Shown in pieces: positions 37,501-48,400 of a stretch of 64,000 nt of DNA. This stretch comes from Octopus vulgaris. Taxonomy: Eukaryota. Every line of letters starts with the position of its first letter. Position 1 is the stretch's first letter. The notes beneath the pieces are model-generated. The model saw only the letters and a program-made list of their open reading frames with translations, did not search any database and had not been told where the DNA came from. Position numbers and translations under genes: made by a program. The stretch covers positions 24,986,001 through 25,050,000 of the forward strand of contig OX597842.1 of assembly GCA_951406725.2 (NCBI GenBank), read 5' to 3'.

Positions 37501-38113
37501 GGATCTTTTCACTTTGATTGGTTGAAATTGCCAAAATAAGAGAAATTTAACAACAAATAGCTTACAAAGTACAGAATTTTCTCAAGAACGCCAAGAGAAA
37601 AAGATGTTTTATGTGACACAGGATCTTTTCTGTTTGACCGGCAGTTTTTTAAAATAATTTCCACGTAACTAAACACTTTTAAACTTCGTATACTGGTAGA
37701 ATGTGTTTATAAAACATCTTTTTCTCTTGGCTTTATTGAGAAAATTCTATAGTTTGTAAGATATTTGGTCTTTTATTTCTTGCATTTCGTCAATTTCAAC
37801 CAATCAATGACGTCTATTGAGATGAAAACATTCTGTGCTGTATGAACATGTCCCTCGTTTAAGAAACAGATTGGGTTTATTTAGATTTCTGAAAAAAAAA
37901 AGATACCCTTCCCCCCACCCCTAACCCTAAAACAGATTGAAATGCAATAGATTGATACTAGGGTCATAATTATGGGTGACAATTTCATATGACACCGCTA
38001 GAAAAATTGCCGTTCAAACCGAAAAGATCCCATTCTACCAGTATACGAAGTTTAAAAGTGTTTAGTTACGTGGAAATTATTTTAAAAAACTGCCGGTCAA
38101 ACCGAAAAGATCC
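37501..38113. mobile_element. Nested GGATC-TIR MITEs: a full copy (37621-38030) inserted in opposite orientation inside a deleted copy
   Basis: Inner TIRs GGATCTTTTCTGTTTGACCGGC / GCCGTTCAAACCGAAAAGATCC. The host sequence resumes CATTCTACCAGTATACG after the insert; apparent 2-bp CA duplication. Confidence 0.8.
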
Positions 38114-38114
38114 C

Positions 38115-38275
38115 CAGATCCGGAAGTAATGTAACGACTGCGGAGGAAGGGAGGGGGGACAAGAGGATCGAAAAGATACCAACGTGTAGACAGGAAGTAT
38201 GGGATCGCAGTGAATAAGAGCTGAGCTATACGATTCGAGAGTTACGTGATAGTTACCTCCCCTTGTTCGTTATGT
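38115..38275 (+). promoter_or_regulatory. Probable ZNF gene promoter
   Basis: CpG-containing unique sequence with ETS-type motifs CCGGAAGT (~38120) and CAGGAAGT (~38191), upstream of a donor site at 39166. Confidence 0.45.
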
Positions 38276-38949
38276 GTTTATATTTTTCCAGATTTCTAAC
38301 GCACCTGTCATAAGTTTTGCACCTACTGATTGCTTTGATAATCTCACCACACACACACACACACACACACAGCAGACATATATATAAACATACGCTTCAT
38401 GATGGAAGCACTCCGTCGGTTACGACGACGAGGGTTCCGGTTGATCCGAATCAACGGAACAGCCTGCTCGTGAAATTAACGTGTAAGTGGCTGAGTGCTC
38501 CACAGACACGTGTACCCTTAACGTAGTTCTCAGGGATATTCAGCGTGACACAGAGTGTGACAAGGCCGGCCCCTTGAAATACAGGTACAACAGAAACAGG
38601 AAGTAACAGTGAGAGAAAGTTGTGGTGAAAGAGTAAAGCAGGGATCACCACCATCCCCTGCCGGAGCCTCATGGAGCTTTAGGTGTTATCGCTAAATAAA
38701 CACTCACAACGCCCGGTCTGGGAATCGAAACCGCGAGTCCGCTGCCCTAACCACTGGGCCATTGCGCCTCCACTTACGCTTCATACACAGCGATTAGAAA
38801 CTCAAGTGAGCTAGAACAACACCCATCTGAGACAAGTGTTTCGGACCCTAACCTTTTACACTTTAATTGGGCCGGGCCGGGCCGCATCCAGGCCACGACT
38901 CCTGGGTACCATTCTACTGATTGCTTTCCGCCACTTGGATATCGGAGAC

Positions 38950-39166
38950 CTGTACATTTAAAGTGCTTGGAAATTTCATCTAGTTGTAATCTTTCTCCGT
39001 TGGCTCAATATAGACAAGCGAACAACTGGTATCAAGTCGGATTATCGATACAATTTCAGGGTAGAAATGAATATTACAGGAGTTTAAAATCACAAGAGAC
39101 GGTTGAGGAATGCCCCTAACGGTCGTGTTATATGCTGGTATTCTTCCGGAACAGTTGTAACTTAAG
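38950..39166 (+). other. Probable non-coding first exon of the ZNF gene (5' end uncertain); intron to the acceptor at 41185
   Basis: AAG|GTAAGT donor at 39166/39167 and TTTTCTATTATTTCAG acceptor ending at 41185, upstream of ATG 42006. Confidence 0.5.
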
Positions 39167-40303
39167 GTAAGTCCGTATTATTGACAGTACATGGTTAGTA
39201 TAGGCGGCGAGCTGGCAGAAACGTTAGCACGTCGGGCGATATGCGTCGCCGTATTTCGTCTGCCGTTACGTTCCAAGTTCAAATTCCGCCGAGGTTGACT
39301 TTGCCTTTCATCCTTTCGGGGTCGATAAATTAAGTACCAGTTACGCACTGGGGTCGATATAAACGACTTAATCCCTTTGTCTCTCCTTGTTTGTCTCTGT
39401 GTGTAGTCCCTTGTGGGCAGTAAAGAAATAGGTATTTCGTCTGCCGTTACGTTCCAAGTTCAAATTCCACCGAGGTTGACTTTGCCTTTCATCCTTTCGG
39501 GGTCGATAAATTAAGTACCAGTTACGCACTGGGGTCGATATAAACGACTTAATCCGTTTGTCTGTCCTTGTTTGTCCCCCCTGTGTGTAGCCCCTTGTGG
39601 GTAATAAAGAAATAGGTATTTCGTCTGCCATTACGTTCTGGGTTCAAATTCCGCCGAGGTCGACTTTGCCTTTTATCCTTTCGGGGTCGATAAATTAAGT
39701 ACCAGTTACGCACTGGGGTCGATGCAATCGACTTAATAACTATGTCTGTCCTTGTTTGTCCCCTCTATGTTTAGCCACTTGAGGGCAATAAAGAAATAAG
39801 AATCGTTTGCACGCCGGGCAAAATCCTTTGCAGTTTTTTGTTCGTCTTTACTCTCAGGAACCTTTCTCAACCTCTGCACTGGTTGCCCCAAACTTCTGTA
39901 TGTATGACCATATTTTGATGGTAAAATACAGAGGTCCCGATGCATCTCTGTAACCATAAAACGGCATTCCTTCGATATAACTCGACAAAATCAAAACATT
40001 TCACTTCGGGTGTTGTGGAGTATAGATATAACGAAATTATGCCAGCAATGTCTCATTTTAAACTTAAATGTGTGTATGTGTTTGTGTGTGTGTTTGTCCA
40101 CCCCGCCCAACATCGCTTGACAGCCGATGCTGCTGTGTTTACATCCCCGTAACTTAGCGGTTCGGCAAAAGAGACCATTAGAATAAGTACTAGGCTTACA
40201 AAAAATAAGTCCTGGGGTCGATTTGCTTGACTAAAAGGCGGTGCTCCTGCATGGCCACTGTCACATGACTGAAACAAGTAAAAGAGTAAATAGTATAATA
40301 TAT

Positions 40304-40560
40304 GTCACCTTGACTGACCAGTCCGTCAGGCGTCCATTTGACACCGTTGGTCACAGCACGCTGTCCACTCCTCTCTGGATCGCGCCTTTCTCATCCATGT
40401 GATCCCAATCGTCCTCCTGAAATCGTAACTCCACCGTCGTGGTGGTCTTTTCCATTCATGCGGGTACCACTCGACAACTGCGTACGTCCAACGATTATTG
40501 GTGAGCCGGGCGACGTGTCTAGCCCATCTATACTTGGTGCGTGTATACTATGTCATCGCA
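40304..40560 (-). mobile_element. RTE LINE 3' fragment (second RTE family)
   Basis: KYRWARHVARLTNNRWTYAVVEWYP...RPPRRWSYDF...WMRKARSREEW. Confidence 0.78.
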
Positions 40561-40763
40561 GAGTATAATACACACATATATATATATACATATATACGAC
40601 GGGCTTCTTTCAGTTTTCGCCTACCAAATCCACTCACATGGCTTTGGTCGGCCCAAGGCTATAGCAGAAGACACTGGCTCAAGGTGCCACACAGTGGGAC
40701 TGAACCCAAAACCATGTGGTTGGTAAACAAGCTACTTACCACACACCCACTCCTACGCCTACA

Positions 40764-40798
<35 letters not shown>

Positions 40799-40865
40799 CG
40801 ACGGGCTTCTTTCAGTTATCCGTATATATATATATATATATATAACATATATATATATATATATA

Positions 40866-40936
<71 letters not shown>

Positions 40937-41620
40937 CCACTCACAAGGCTTTGGTTGGCCCGAGGCTATAGCAGAAGGCACTGGCTCAAGGTGCCACAAA
41001 GTGGGACTGAACCCGGAACAATGTGGTTAGTAAGTAAGCTACTTACCACACAGCCACTCCTACACCTATTTGTGTAAATGTTTATAATTACACTTAATAT
41101 AAAAATGCAGTAAAATTTTCCTTTTTGAATCTCAATCATTTAAATATCCTCTGTAGCTTATATCATTGTTTTTCTATTATTTCAGGATATCAGATGACAT
41201 TGGAATTAAAGAATTATGTTTTACCCTGGATGCATCACCAACACTTATTATTATTCAAGGACCAGAAGAACACGTTATACAGAGCACATATTTCACTGTT
41301 TTTTTTTTCCATAAAATCTATGATATGTTTCCTCTGAACTGAAGTATATAGTGGAAAAAAAAAAACCTCTTTACTTTACTGTGTGGAATGTGTACCTGAT
41401 GACCTTGGATTCTAATTTAACTCAGATTACAAAGTAATTAGCAGCATCTACAGATATTGACTAAAATTACAGAAATATTGGCTAAGAAATATGTGTTAAG
41501 AATTAAATATATATATATATGTATATAAAGTTAATCCAAACAAGAAAGCACAAAAAAAACACAAGAAAGCGAGGACGTGGAACAAATATAGTATTATTGG
41601 ACGCTCAGGAAAGAAGGAGT

Positions 41621-41655
41621 TTTTAACGTTTCGAGCGGAGCTCTTCGTCGGAAAC
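41621..41655 (-). ncRNA. Minimal hammerhead-like motif, same family (remnant at 41527-41730, upstream of the ZNF ATG)
   Basis: Same core and stems as 33920-33954. Confidence 0.6.
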
Positions 41656-42005
41656 ATAGGAGAAGGAAAGATCCAGAGAAGGGAAGACAGGGGAAAAAAA
41701 ATCGCCAACGGTACCCACGTGGTCACATGTAATTATATATGTATATATATATATATAACTATTGAAAAGTTGCAAGGCGCAACGCAAATTTTAGGACAAT
41801 AAAAATAAGAAAAACGTGGAAATTTTACCGGTGTGTGTGTTACGTAATAAAGCACCAAAACAAAATGACTCTCCCCAGACACAACGGAATATGCTTCAGC
41901 ACATGAACTCATATAAAGAATCTTGCAAACCAAATCCAAAAACGAAATATATGGTAATGGTTCAGAAGAAAAATATCTGTGTAGTATGGTGAGAGGAGGA
42001 AAATA

Positions 42006-44369
42006 ATGGAAAATGAATTGGATGAGAGCACAGGTAAATGTGAGACACAAATTGAAAGGTTTGGTTTTTCTGATGAGATGCCAAAAGATTCAGAAATACC
42101 ATTATACCAGTGTGATATCTGTAAAAAATCATTCTCTCAAAAATGTGATCTCACTACACACCAACTTGTCCATACAAAAAAGATGCCATATTCGTGTGAT
42201 ATCTGTGATAAATCCTTCTCTCTAAGTCATCACTTGACTGTGCACAAACGCATTCATACAGGGGAGAAGCCATATCGCTGTGATATCTGTGGCACATCGT
42301 TCTCTCAAAATGACCTCTTAACTAAGCACAAGCGTGTTCATACAAAAAAGATGCCACATTCGTGTGATATCTGTGGTAAATCATTCTCTCGCGTTCGCCA
42401 CGTAACCGATCACATACGCATTCACACAGGAGAGAAGCCGTTTCACTGCGATATCTGTGGAAAATCATTCTCTCTTAGCCATCACTTAACTAGTCACAAA
42501 CGTGTTCATACAGGAGAAAGGTCATTTAGCTGTAATGTCTGTGGTAAATCATGCTCGCAGAAAAGTAACTTAACTAAACACAAACTGATTCATACGGGAG
42601 AGGGTCCTGATCCCATTGGCATCTCTGGTGAATCATTCGTTCAGAATGATGACATAACTACTCAGAAATGCCTTCAGACAGCAGAGAAACTATATCACTG
42701 TGATATTTGTGGTAAATCCACCTCTAGTAGTAGTAACTTAACCAAGCATATACGAATTCATACAAGAGAGAAACCATATCGTTGTGATATCTGTGGAAAG
42801 TCATTCACTCAGAAGAATAGTCTTACTTCTCATAAATACACTCACACAGGAGAAAAACCATTTGAATGTGATATTTGTGGTAAATCATTCTCTCAAAACA
42901 GTACCCTTATGTATCACAAATCCATTCATACTGGCGAGAAACCATATCACTGTGATATTTGTGGTGAATCATTCTCTCGGAAGAATAGTCTTACTTCTCA
43001 TAAATACACTCACACAGGAGAGAAACTATATGAATGTGATATTTGTGGTAAATCATTCTCTCGAAACAGTACCCTTATGTATCACAAATCCATTCATACT
43101 GGCGAGAAACCATATCACTGTGATATCTGTGGTAAATCTTTCTCAAGTAGTCGTCATTTGACCGAACACAAAAATATTCATACCGGAGATATGCCATATC
43201 AGTGTGATATCTGTGGCAGTTCATTTTCTCGGTATTATCACTTAAATGAACATAAACGCACTCATTCTGGAGAGAATCCACATCAGTGTGATATCTGTGG
43301 TAAATCGTTCTCCGGTAGTAGTAATTTAACCAATCACATACGAATTCATACAGGTGAGAAGCCGTATCGTTGTGATATCTGCGGTAAATCATTCTCCCGA
43401 AATCATGACTTGACTGTACACAGACGATATCATACTGGAGAGAAGCCATATCGCTGTGATATCTGTGGTAAATCGTTTCCGGCAAGTACGAATTTAACCA
43501 CACACAAACGAATTCACACAGGTGAGAAACCACACGTGTGTGATATCTGTGGAAAATCGTTCCCTCGGAAAAGCTGCTTAACCGAGCATAAGCGTAGTCA
43601 CACAGGTGAGAAACCATATCACTGTGATATCTGTGGTAAGTTGTTCTCGCAGAGAGGTAATTTGACAGAGCACATTCATATTCATACAGGTGAGAAGCCA
43701 TACAACTGTAACACCTGTGGGAAGACGTTCTCCCAGAGAAGTAATTTGACCGAACACATTCGTATTCATACAGGTGAGAAACCGTATCACTGTGATATCT
43801 GTGGTAAGGCGCTGTCCAAAAAAATCAGTGTGGTTGAGCACAAATATATTCATACAGGTGAGAAACCATATCATTGTGATATCTGCGGTAAAGCTTTCTC
43901 TCAGAGAGGAAACCTGCCCAAACACAAACGCATTCACACAGGTGAGAAACCTTACAACTGTGATATCTGTGGTAAATCATTCTCAGTGAATTTTTATTTG
44001 ACTGAGCATAAACATAGTCATACAGGTGAGAAGCCGTATCATTGCGACGTCTGTGATAAATCATTCTCTTGGCTTCATAGTTTGACCGAACACAAGCAGA
44101 TTCATACAGGAAAGAGGCAGTTTAATTGTGATATTTGTGGTAAGGTGTTCACTCGAAATCTTCATTTAGTTGAACATAAATATACTCATACAGGAGATAA
44201 GCCGTATCGATGTGATGTGTGTGGTAAGTCATTCCTTCGAAATTTCCACTTGACCGAACACAAATATATTCATACAGGAGAGAAGCCATATCACTGTGAC
44301 GCCTGTGGAAAGTCATTCTCTCGCAAGCAACAGTTGACTTCACATGGTTGTATCCGTACAGAAAAATAA
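42006..44369 (+). CDS. Single-exon tandem C2H2 zinc-finger protein, 787 aa (25 canonical fingers, 1 degenerate internal finger, 1 atypical terminal finger)
   Basis: Repeated [28 protein letters not shown] units after a short acidic N-terminus; no effector domain recognised. Typical of the expanded octopus C2H2 family. Confidence 0.97.
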   Translation: MENELDESTGKCETQIERFGFSDEMPKDSEIPLYQCDICKKSFSQKCDLTTHQLVHTKKMPYSCDICDKSFSLSHHLTVHKRIHTGEKPYRCDICGTSFSQNDLLTKHKRVHTKKMPHSCDICGKSFSRVRHVTDHIRIHTGEKPFHCDICGKSFSLSHHLTSHKRVHTGERSFSCNVCGKSCSQKSNLTKHKLIHTGEGPDPIGISGESFVQNDDITTQKCLQTAEKLYHCDICGKSTSSSSNLTKHIRIHTREKPYRCDICGKSFTQKNSLTSHKYTHTGEKPFECDICGKSFSQNSTLMYHKSIHTGEKPYHCDICGESFSRKNSLTSHKYTHTGEKLYECDICGKSFSRNSTLMYHKSIHTGEKPYHCDICGKSFSSSRHLTEHKNIHTGDMPYQCDICGSSFSRYYHLNEHKRTHSGENPHQCDICGKSFSGSSNLTNHIRIHTGEKPYRCDICGKSFSRNHDLTVHRRYHTGEKPYRCDICGKSFPASTNLTTHKRIHTGEKPHVCDICGKSFPRKSCLTEHKRSHTGEKPYHCDICGKLFSQRGNLTEHIHIHTGEKPYNCNTCGKTFSQRSNLTEHIRIHTGEKPYHCDICGKALSKKISVVEHKYIHTGEKPYHCDICGKAFSQRGNLPKHKRIHTGEKPYNCDICGKSFSVNFYLTEHKHSHTGEKPYHCDVCDKSFSWLHSLTEHKQIHTGKRQFNCDICGKVFTRNLHLVEHKYTHTGDKPYRCDVCGKSFLRNFHLTEHKYIHTGEKPYHCDACGKSFSRKQQLTSHGCIRTEK

Positions 44370-44689
44370 TGTTACCAAACATTATAAGACTGGAGCCAGT
44401 CGAGGCGACGCTGGCATCGACCACGATTCGGATAGTGCTTTTTACGTACCACCAGTCCAGGGGTCCTGGCATCTGCCGGGTGCCAGTCATAGGATTGGTT
44501 CAATTACGATTCCGAAAAAGAAACATCTTCTGTCATGTGGAGGCACATGGCCTAGTGGTTAGAGCAGCAGACTCACGGTCGAGGGATCACGGGTTCGAAT
44601 CTCAGACTGGGCGATGTGTGTGTTTATGAGTGAAACACCTAAGCTCCATGTGGCTCCGGTAGAAGGTAATGGCGAACTTCTGCTGACTC

Positions 44690-44792
44690 GGGAGATAAGC
44701 CACATCACTGTGATGTCTGGGAAATCATTCTCTCGCAAGCAACAATTGACTTCACATGGTTGTATCCGTACAGAAGAATAACGACACCAAAT
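44690..44792 (+). pseudogene. Duplicated copy of the last zinc finger and stop region in the ZNF 3' flank
   Basis: Near-identical to 44277-44379 (TCATTCTCTCGCAAGCAACA.TTGACTTCACATGGTTGTATCCGTACAGAA) with a frameshifting deletion. Confidence 0.8.
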
Positions 44793-44879
44793 CTAAGTTA
44801 TATGATGTATAAAAACATGTAATATACAAATAAATATCTGTATATATAAAACCATCCGAATTTCTGAGTACCTCATTTC

Positions 44880-44926
<47 letters not shown>

Positions 44927-45180
44927 ATGTATATGTTTGTGTTTCTGTGTTTGTCCCCCCAACATCACTTGACAACCGATAGAATAAATACTAGGCTTAC
45001 AAAGAATAAGTCCTGGGGTTGATTTGCTCAACTAAAGGTGGGTGGTGCTCCAGCATGGCCACAGTCAAATGACTGAAACAAATAAAAGATAAAAGAAAGA
45101 TACAGACCAACTAATTTCAAGTTCTTAATTTATGTTGTAGAGACGAGCCCAGAATAAGGGCAACAAAGCGCCATCTATAA

Positions 45181-45408
45181 CTATGAGTAAAAGAGTAAAC
45201 CGTGCTTCCTAGTTCCATAAAATCCAGTTTTTGGGACATTCCTGTAGTTGTAGATCTTCTTACAGCATTCACCCGGGGTGGGTTGTGCTGGCTTCATTCA
45301 TCCTCAATGCTGCATCTCTCACAAACACCGACCAGACCTGGCGATTTGAGGCTAACGACCGCATGATCTCCAACCACTCCCTATTCCAGCGGCAAATGCC
45401 ATAGATAT
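45181..45408 (-). repeat. Inverted copy of 50832-51072 (RTE 3' end plus ~70 bp of its downstream flank)
   Basis: Reverse complement aligns across ~230 bp with scattered substitutions and a ~14-nt indel in the LINE tail. Confidence 0.92.
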
Positions 45409-45410
45409 TT

Positions 45411-48400
45411 GACAGTCAAGGCTGATCTGGAACCCAACCTACGAAGCAATTGCCCCAGCTTCCCTCTCATGGTTGGCGAAAGCGATGTGGTGGACAACAA
45501 AAAACCTGGCTGATGACAGTCAAGGCTGATCTGGAACCCAACCTACGAAGCAATTGCCCCAGCTTCCCTCTCATGGTTGGCGAAAGCGATGTGGTGGACA
45601 ACAAAAAACCTGGCTGATGACAGTCAAGGCTGATCTGGAACCCAACCTACGAAGCAATTGCCCCAGCTCCCCTCTCATGGTTGGCGAAAGCGATGTGGTG
45701 GACAACAAAAAACCTGGCTGATGACAGTCAAGGCTGATCTGGAACCCAACCTACGAAGCAATTGCCCCAGCTCCCCTCTCATGGTTGGCGAAAGCGATGT
45801 GGTGGACAACAAAAAACCTGGCTGATGACAGTCAAGACTGATCTGGAACCCAACCTACGAAACAATTGCCCCAGCTCCCCTCTCATGGTTGGCAAAAGCG
45901 ATGTGGTGGACAACGAAAAACCTGGCTGATGACAGTCAAGGCTGATCTGGAACCCAACCTACGAAGCAATTGCCCCAGCTTCCCTCTCATGGTTGGCGAA
46001 AGCGATGTGGTGAACAATGAAAAACCTGGCTGATGACAGTCAAGGCTGATCTGGAACCCAACCTTCGAAGCAATTGCACCAGCTCCCCTTCAGGGTTGGC
46101 GAAAGCGATGTGGTGAACAATGAAAAACCTGGCTGATGACAGTCAAGGCTGATCTGGAACCCAACCTACGAAGCAATTGCCCCAGCTCCCCTTCAGGGTT
46201 GGCGAAAGCGATGTGGTGGACAACGAAAAACCTGGCTGATGACAGTCAAGGCTGATCTGGAACCCAACCTTTGAAGCAATTGCCCCAGCTCCCCTTCAGG
46301 GTTGGCGAAAGCGATGTGGTGAACAACGAAAAACCTGGCTGATGACAGTCAAGGCTGATCTGGAACCCAACCTACGAAGCAATTGCCCCAGCTCCCCTTC
46401 AGGGTTGGCGAAAGTGATGTGGTGAACAACGAAAAACCTGGCTGATGACAGTCAAGGCTGATCTGGAACCCAACCTTCGAAGCAATTGCCCCAGCTCCCC
46501 TCTCATGGTTGGCGAAAGCGATGTGGTAACAACGAAAAACCTGGCTGATGACAGTCAAGGCTGATCTGGAACCCAACCTACGAAGCAATTGCCCCAGCTT
46601 CTCTCTCATTGTTGGCGAAAGCGATGTGGTGGACAACGAAAAACCTGGCTGATGACAGTCAAGGCTGATCTGGAACCCAACCTACGAAGCAATTGCCCCA
46701 GCTCCCCTCTCAGGGTTGGCGAAAGCGATGTGGACAACGAAAAACCTGGCTGATGACAGTCAAGGCTGATCTGGAACCCAACCTACGAAGCAATTGCCCC
46801 AGCTCCCCTCTCATGGTTGGCGAAAGCGATGTGGTGGACAACAAAAATCCTGGCTGATGACAGTCAAGGCTGATCTGGAACCCAACCTACGAAGCAATTG
46901 CCCCAGCTTCCCTCTCATTGTTGGCGAAAGCGATGTGGTGGACAACAAAAAACCTGGCTGATGACAGTCAAGGCTGATCTGGAACCCAACCTACGAAGCA
47001 ATTGCCCCAGCTTCCCTCTCAGGGTTGGCGAAAGCGATGCGGACAACGAAAAACCTGGCTGATGACAGTTAAGGCTGATCTGGAACCCAACCTACGAAGC
47101 AATTGCCCCAGCTCCCCTCTCAGGGTTGGCGAAAGCGATGTGGTGGACAATGAAAAACCTGGCTGATGACAGTCAAGGCTGATCTGGAACCCAACCTACG
47201 AAGCAATTGCCCCAGCTTCCCTCTCATTGTTGGCGAAAGCGATGTGGTGGACAACGAAAAACCTGGCTGATGACAGTCAAGGCTGATCTGGAACCCAACC
47301 TACGAAGCAATTGCCCCAGCTTCCCTCTCATTGCTGGCGAAAGCGATGTGGTGGACAATGAAAAACCTGGCTGATGACAGTCAAGGCTGATCTGGAACCC
47401 AACCTACGAAGCAATTGCCCCAGCTCCCCTCTCAGGGTTGGCGAAAGCGATGTGGACAACGAAAAACCTGGCTGATGACAGTCAAGGCTGATCTGGAACC
47501 CAACCTACGAAGCAATTGCCCCAGCTCCCCTCTCATGGTTGGCGAAAGCGATGTGGTGGACAACAAAAATCCTGGCTGATGACAGTCAAGGCTGATCTGG
47601 AACCCAACCTACGAAGCAATTGCCCCAGCTTCCCTCCCATGGTTGGCGAAAGCGATGTGGTGGACAACGAAAAACCTGGCTGATGACAGTCAAGGCTGAT
47701 CTGGAACCCAACCTACGAAGCAATTGCCCCAGCTTCCCTCTCATGGTTGGCGAAAGCGATGTGGTGGACAACAAAAAACCTGGCTGATGACAGTCAAGGC
47801 TGATCTGGAACCCAACCTACGAAGCAATTGCCCCAGCTCCCCTCTCATGGTTGGCGAAAGCGATGTGGTGGACAACAAAAAACCTGGCTGATGACAGTCA
47901 AGGCTGATCTGGAACCCAACCTACGAAACAATTGCCCCAGCTCCCCTCTCATGGTTGGCGAAAGCGATGTGGTGGACAACGAAAAACCTGGCTGATGACA
48001 GTCAAGGCTGATCTGGAACCCAACCTACGAAGCAATTGCCCCAGCTTCCCTCTCATGGTTGGCGAAAGCGATGTGGTGAACAATGAAAAACCTGGCTGAT
48101 GACAGTCAAGGCTGATCTGGAACCCAACCTTCGAAGCAATTGCACCAGCTCCCCTTCAGGGTTGGCGAAAGCGATGTGGTGAACAATGAAAAACCTGGCT
48201 GATGACAGTCAAGGCTGATCTGGAACCCAACCTACGAAGCAATTGCCCCAGCTCCCCTTCAGGGTTGGCGAAAGCGATGTGGTGGACAACGAAAAACCTG
48301 GCTGATGACAGTCAAGGCTGATCTGGAACCCAACCTTTGAAGCAATTGCCCCAGCTCCCCTTCTGGGTTGGCGAAAGCGATGTGGTGAACAACGAAAAAC

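Noticed and set aside
43075-44490. Antisense ORFs over the ZNF gene
   Set aside because: Expected shadow ORFs of an 84-bp periodic coding repeat.
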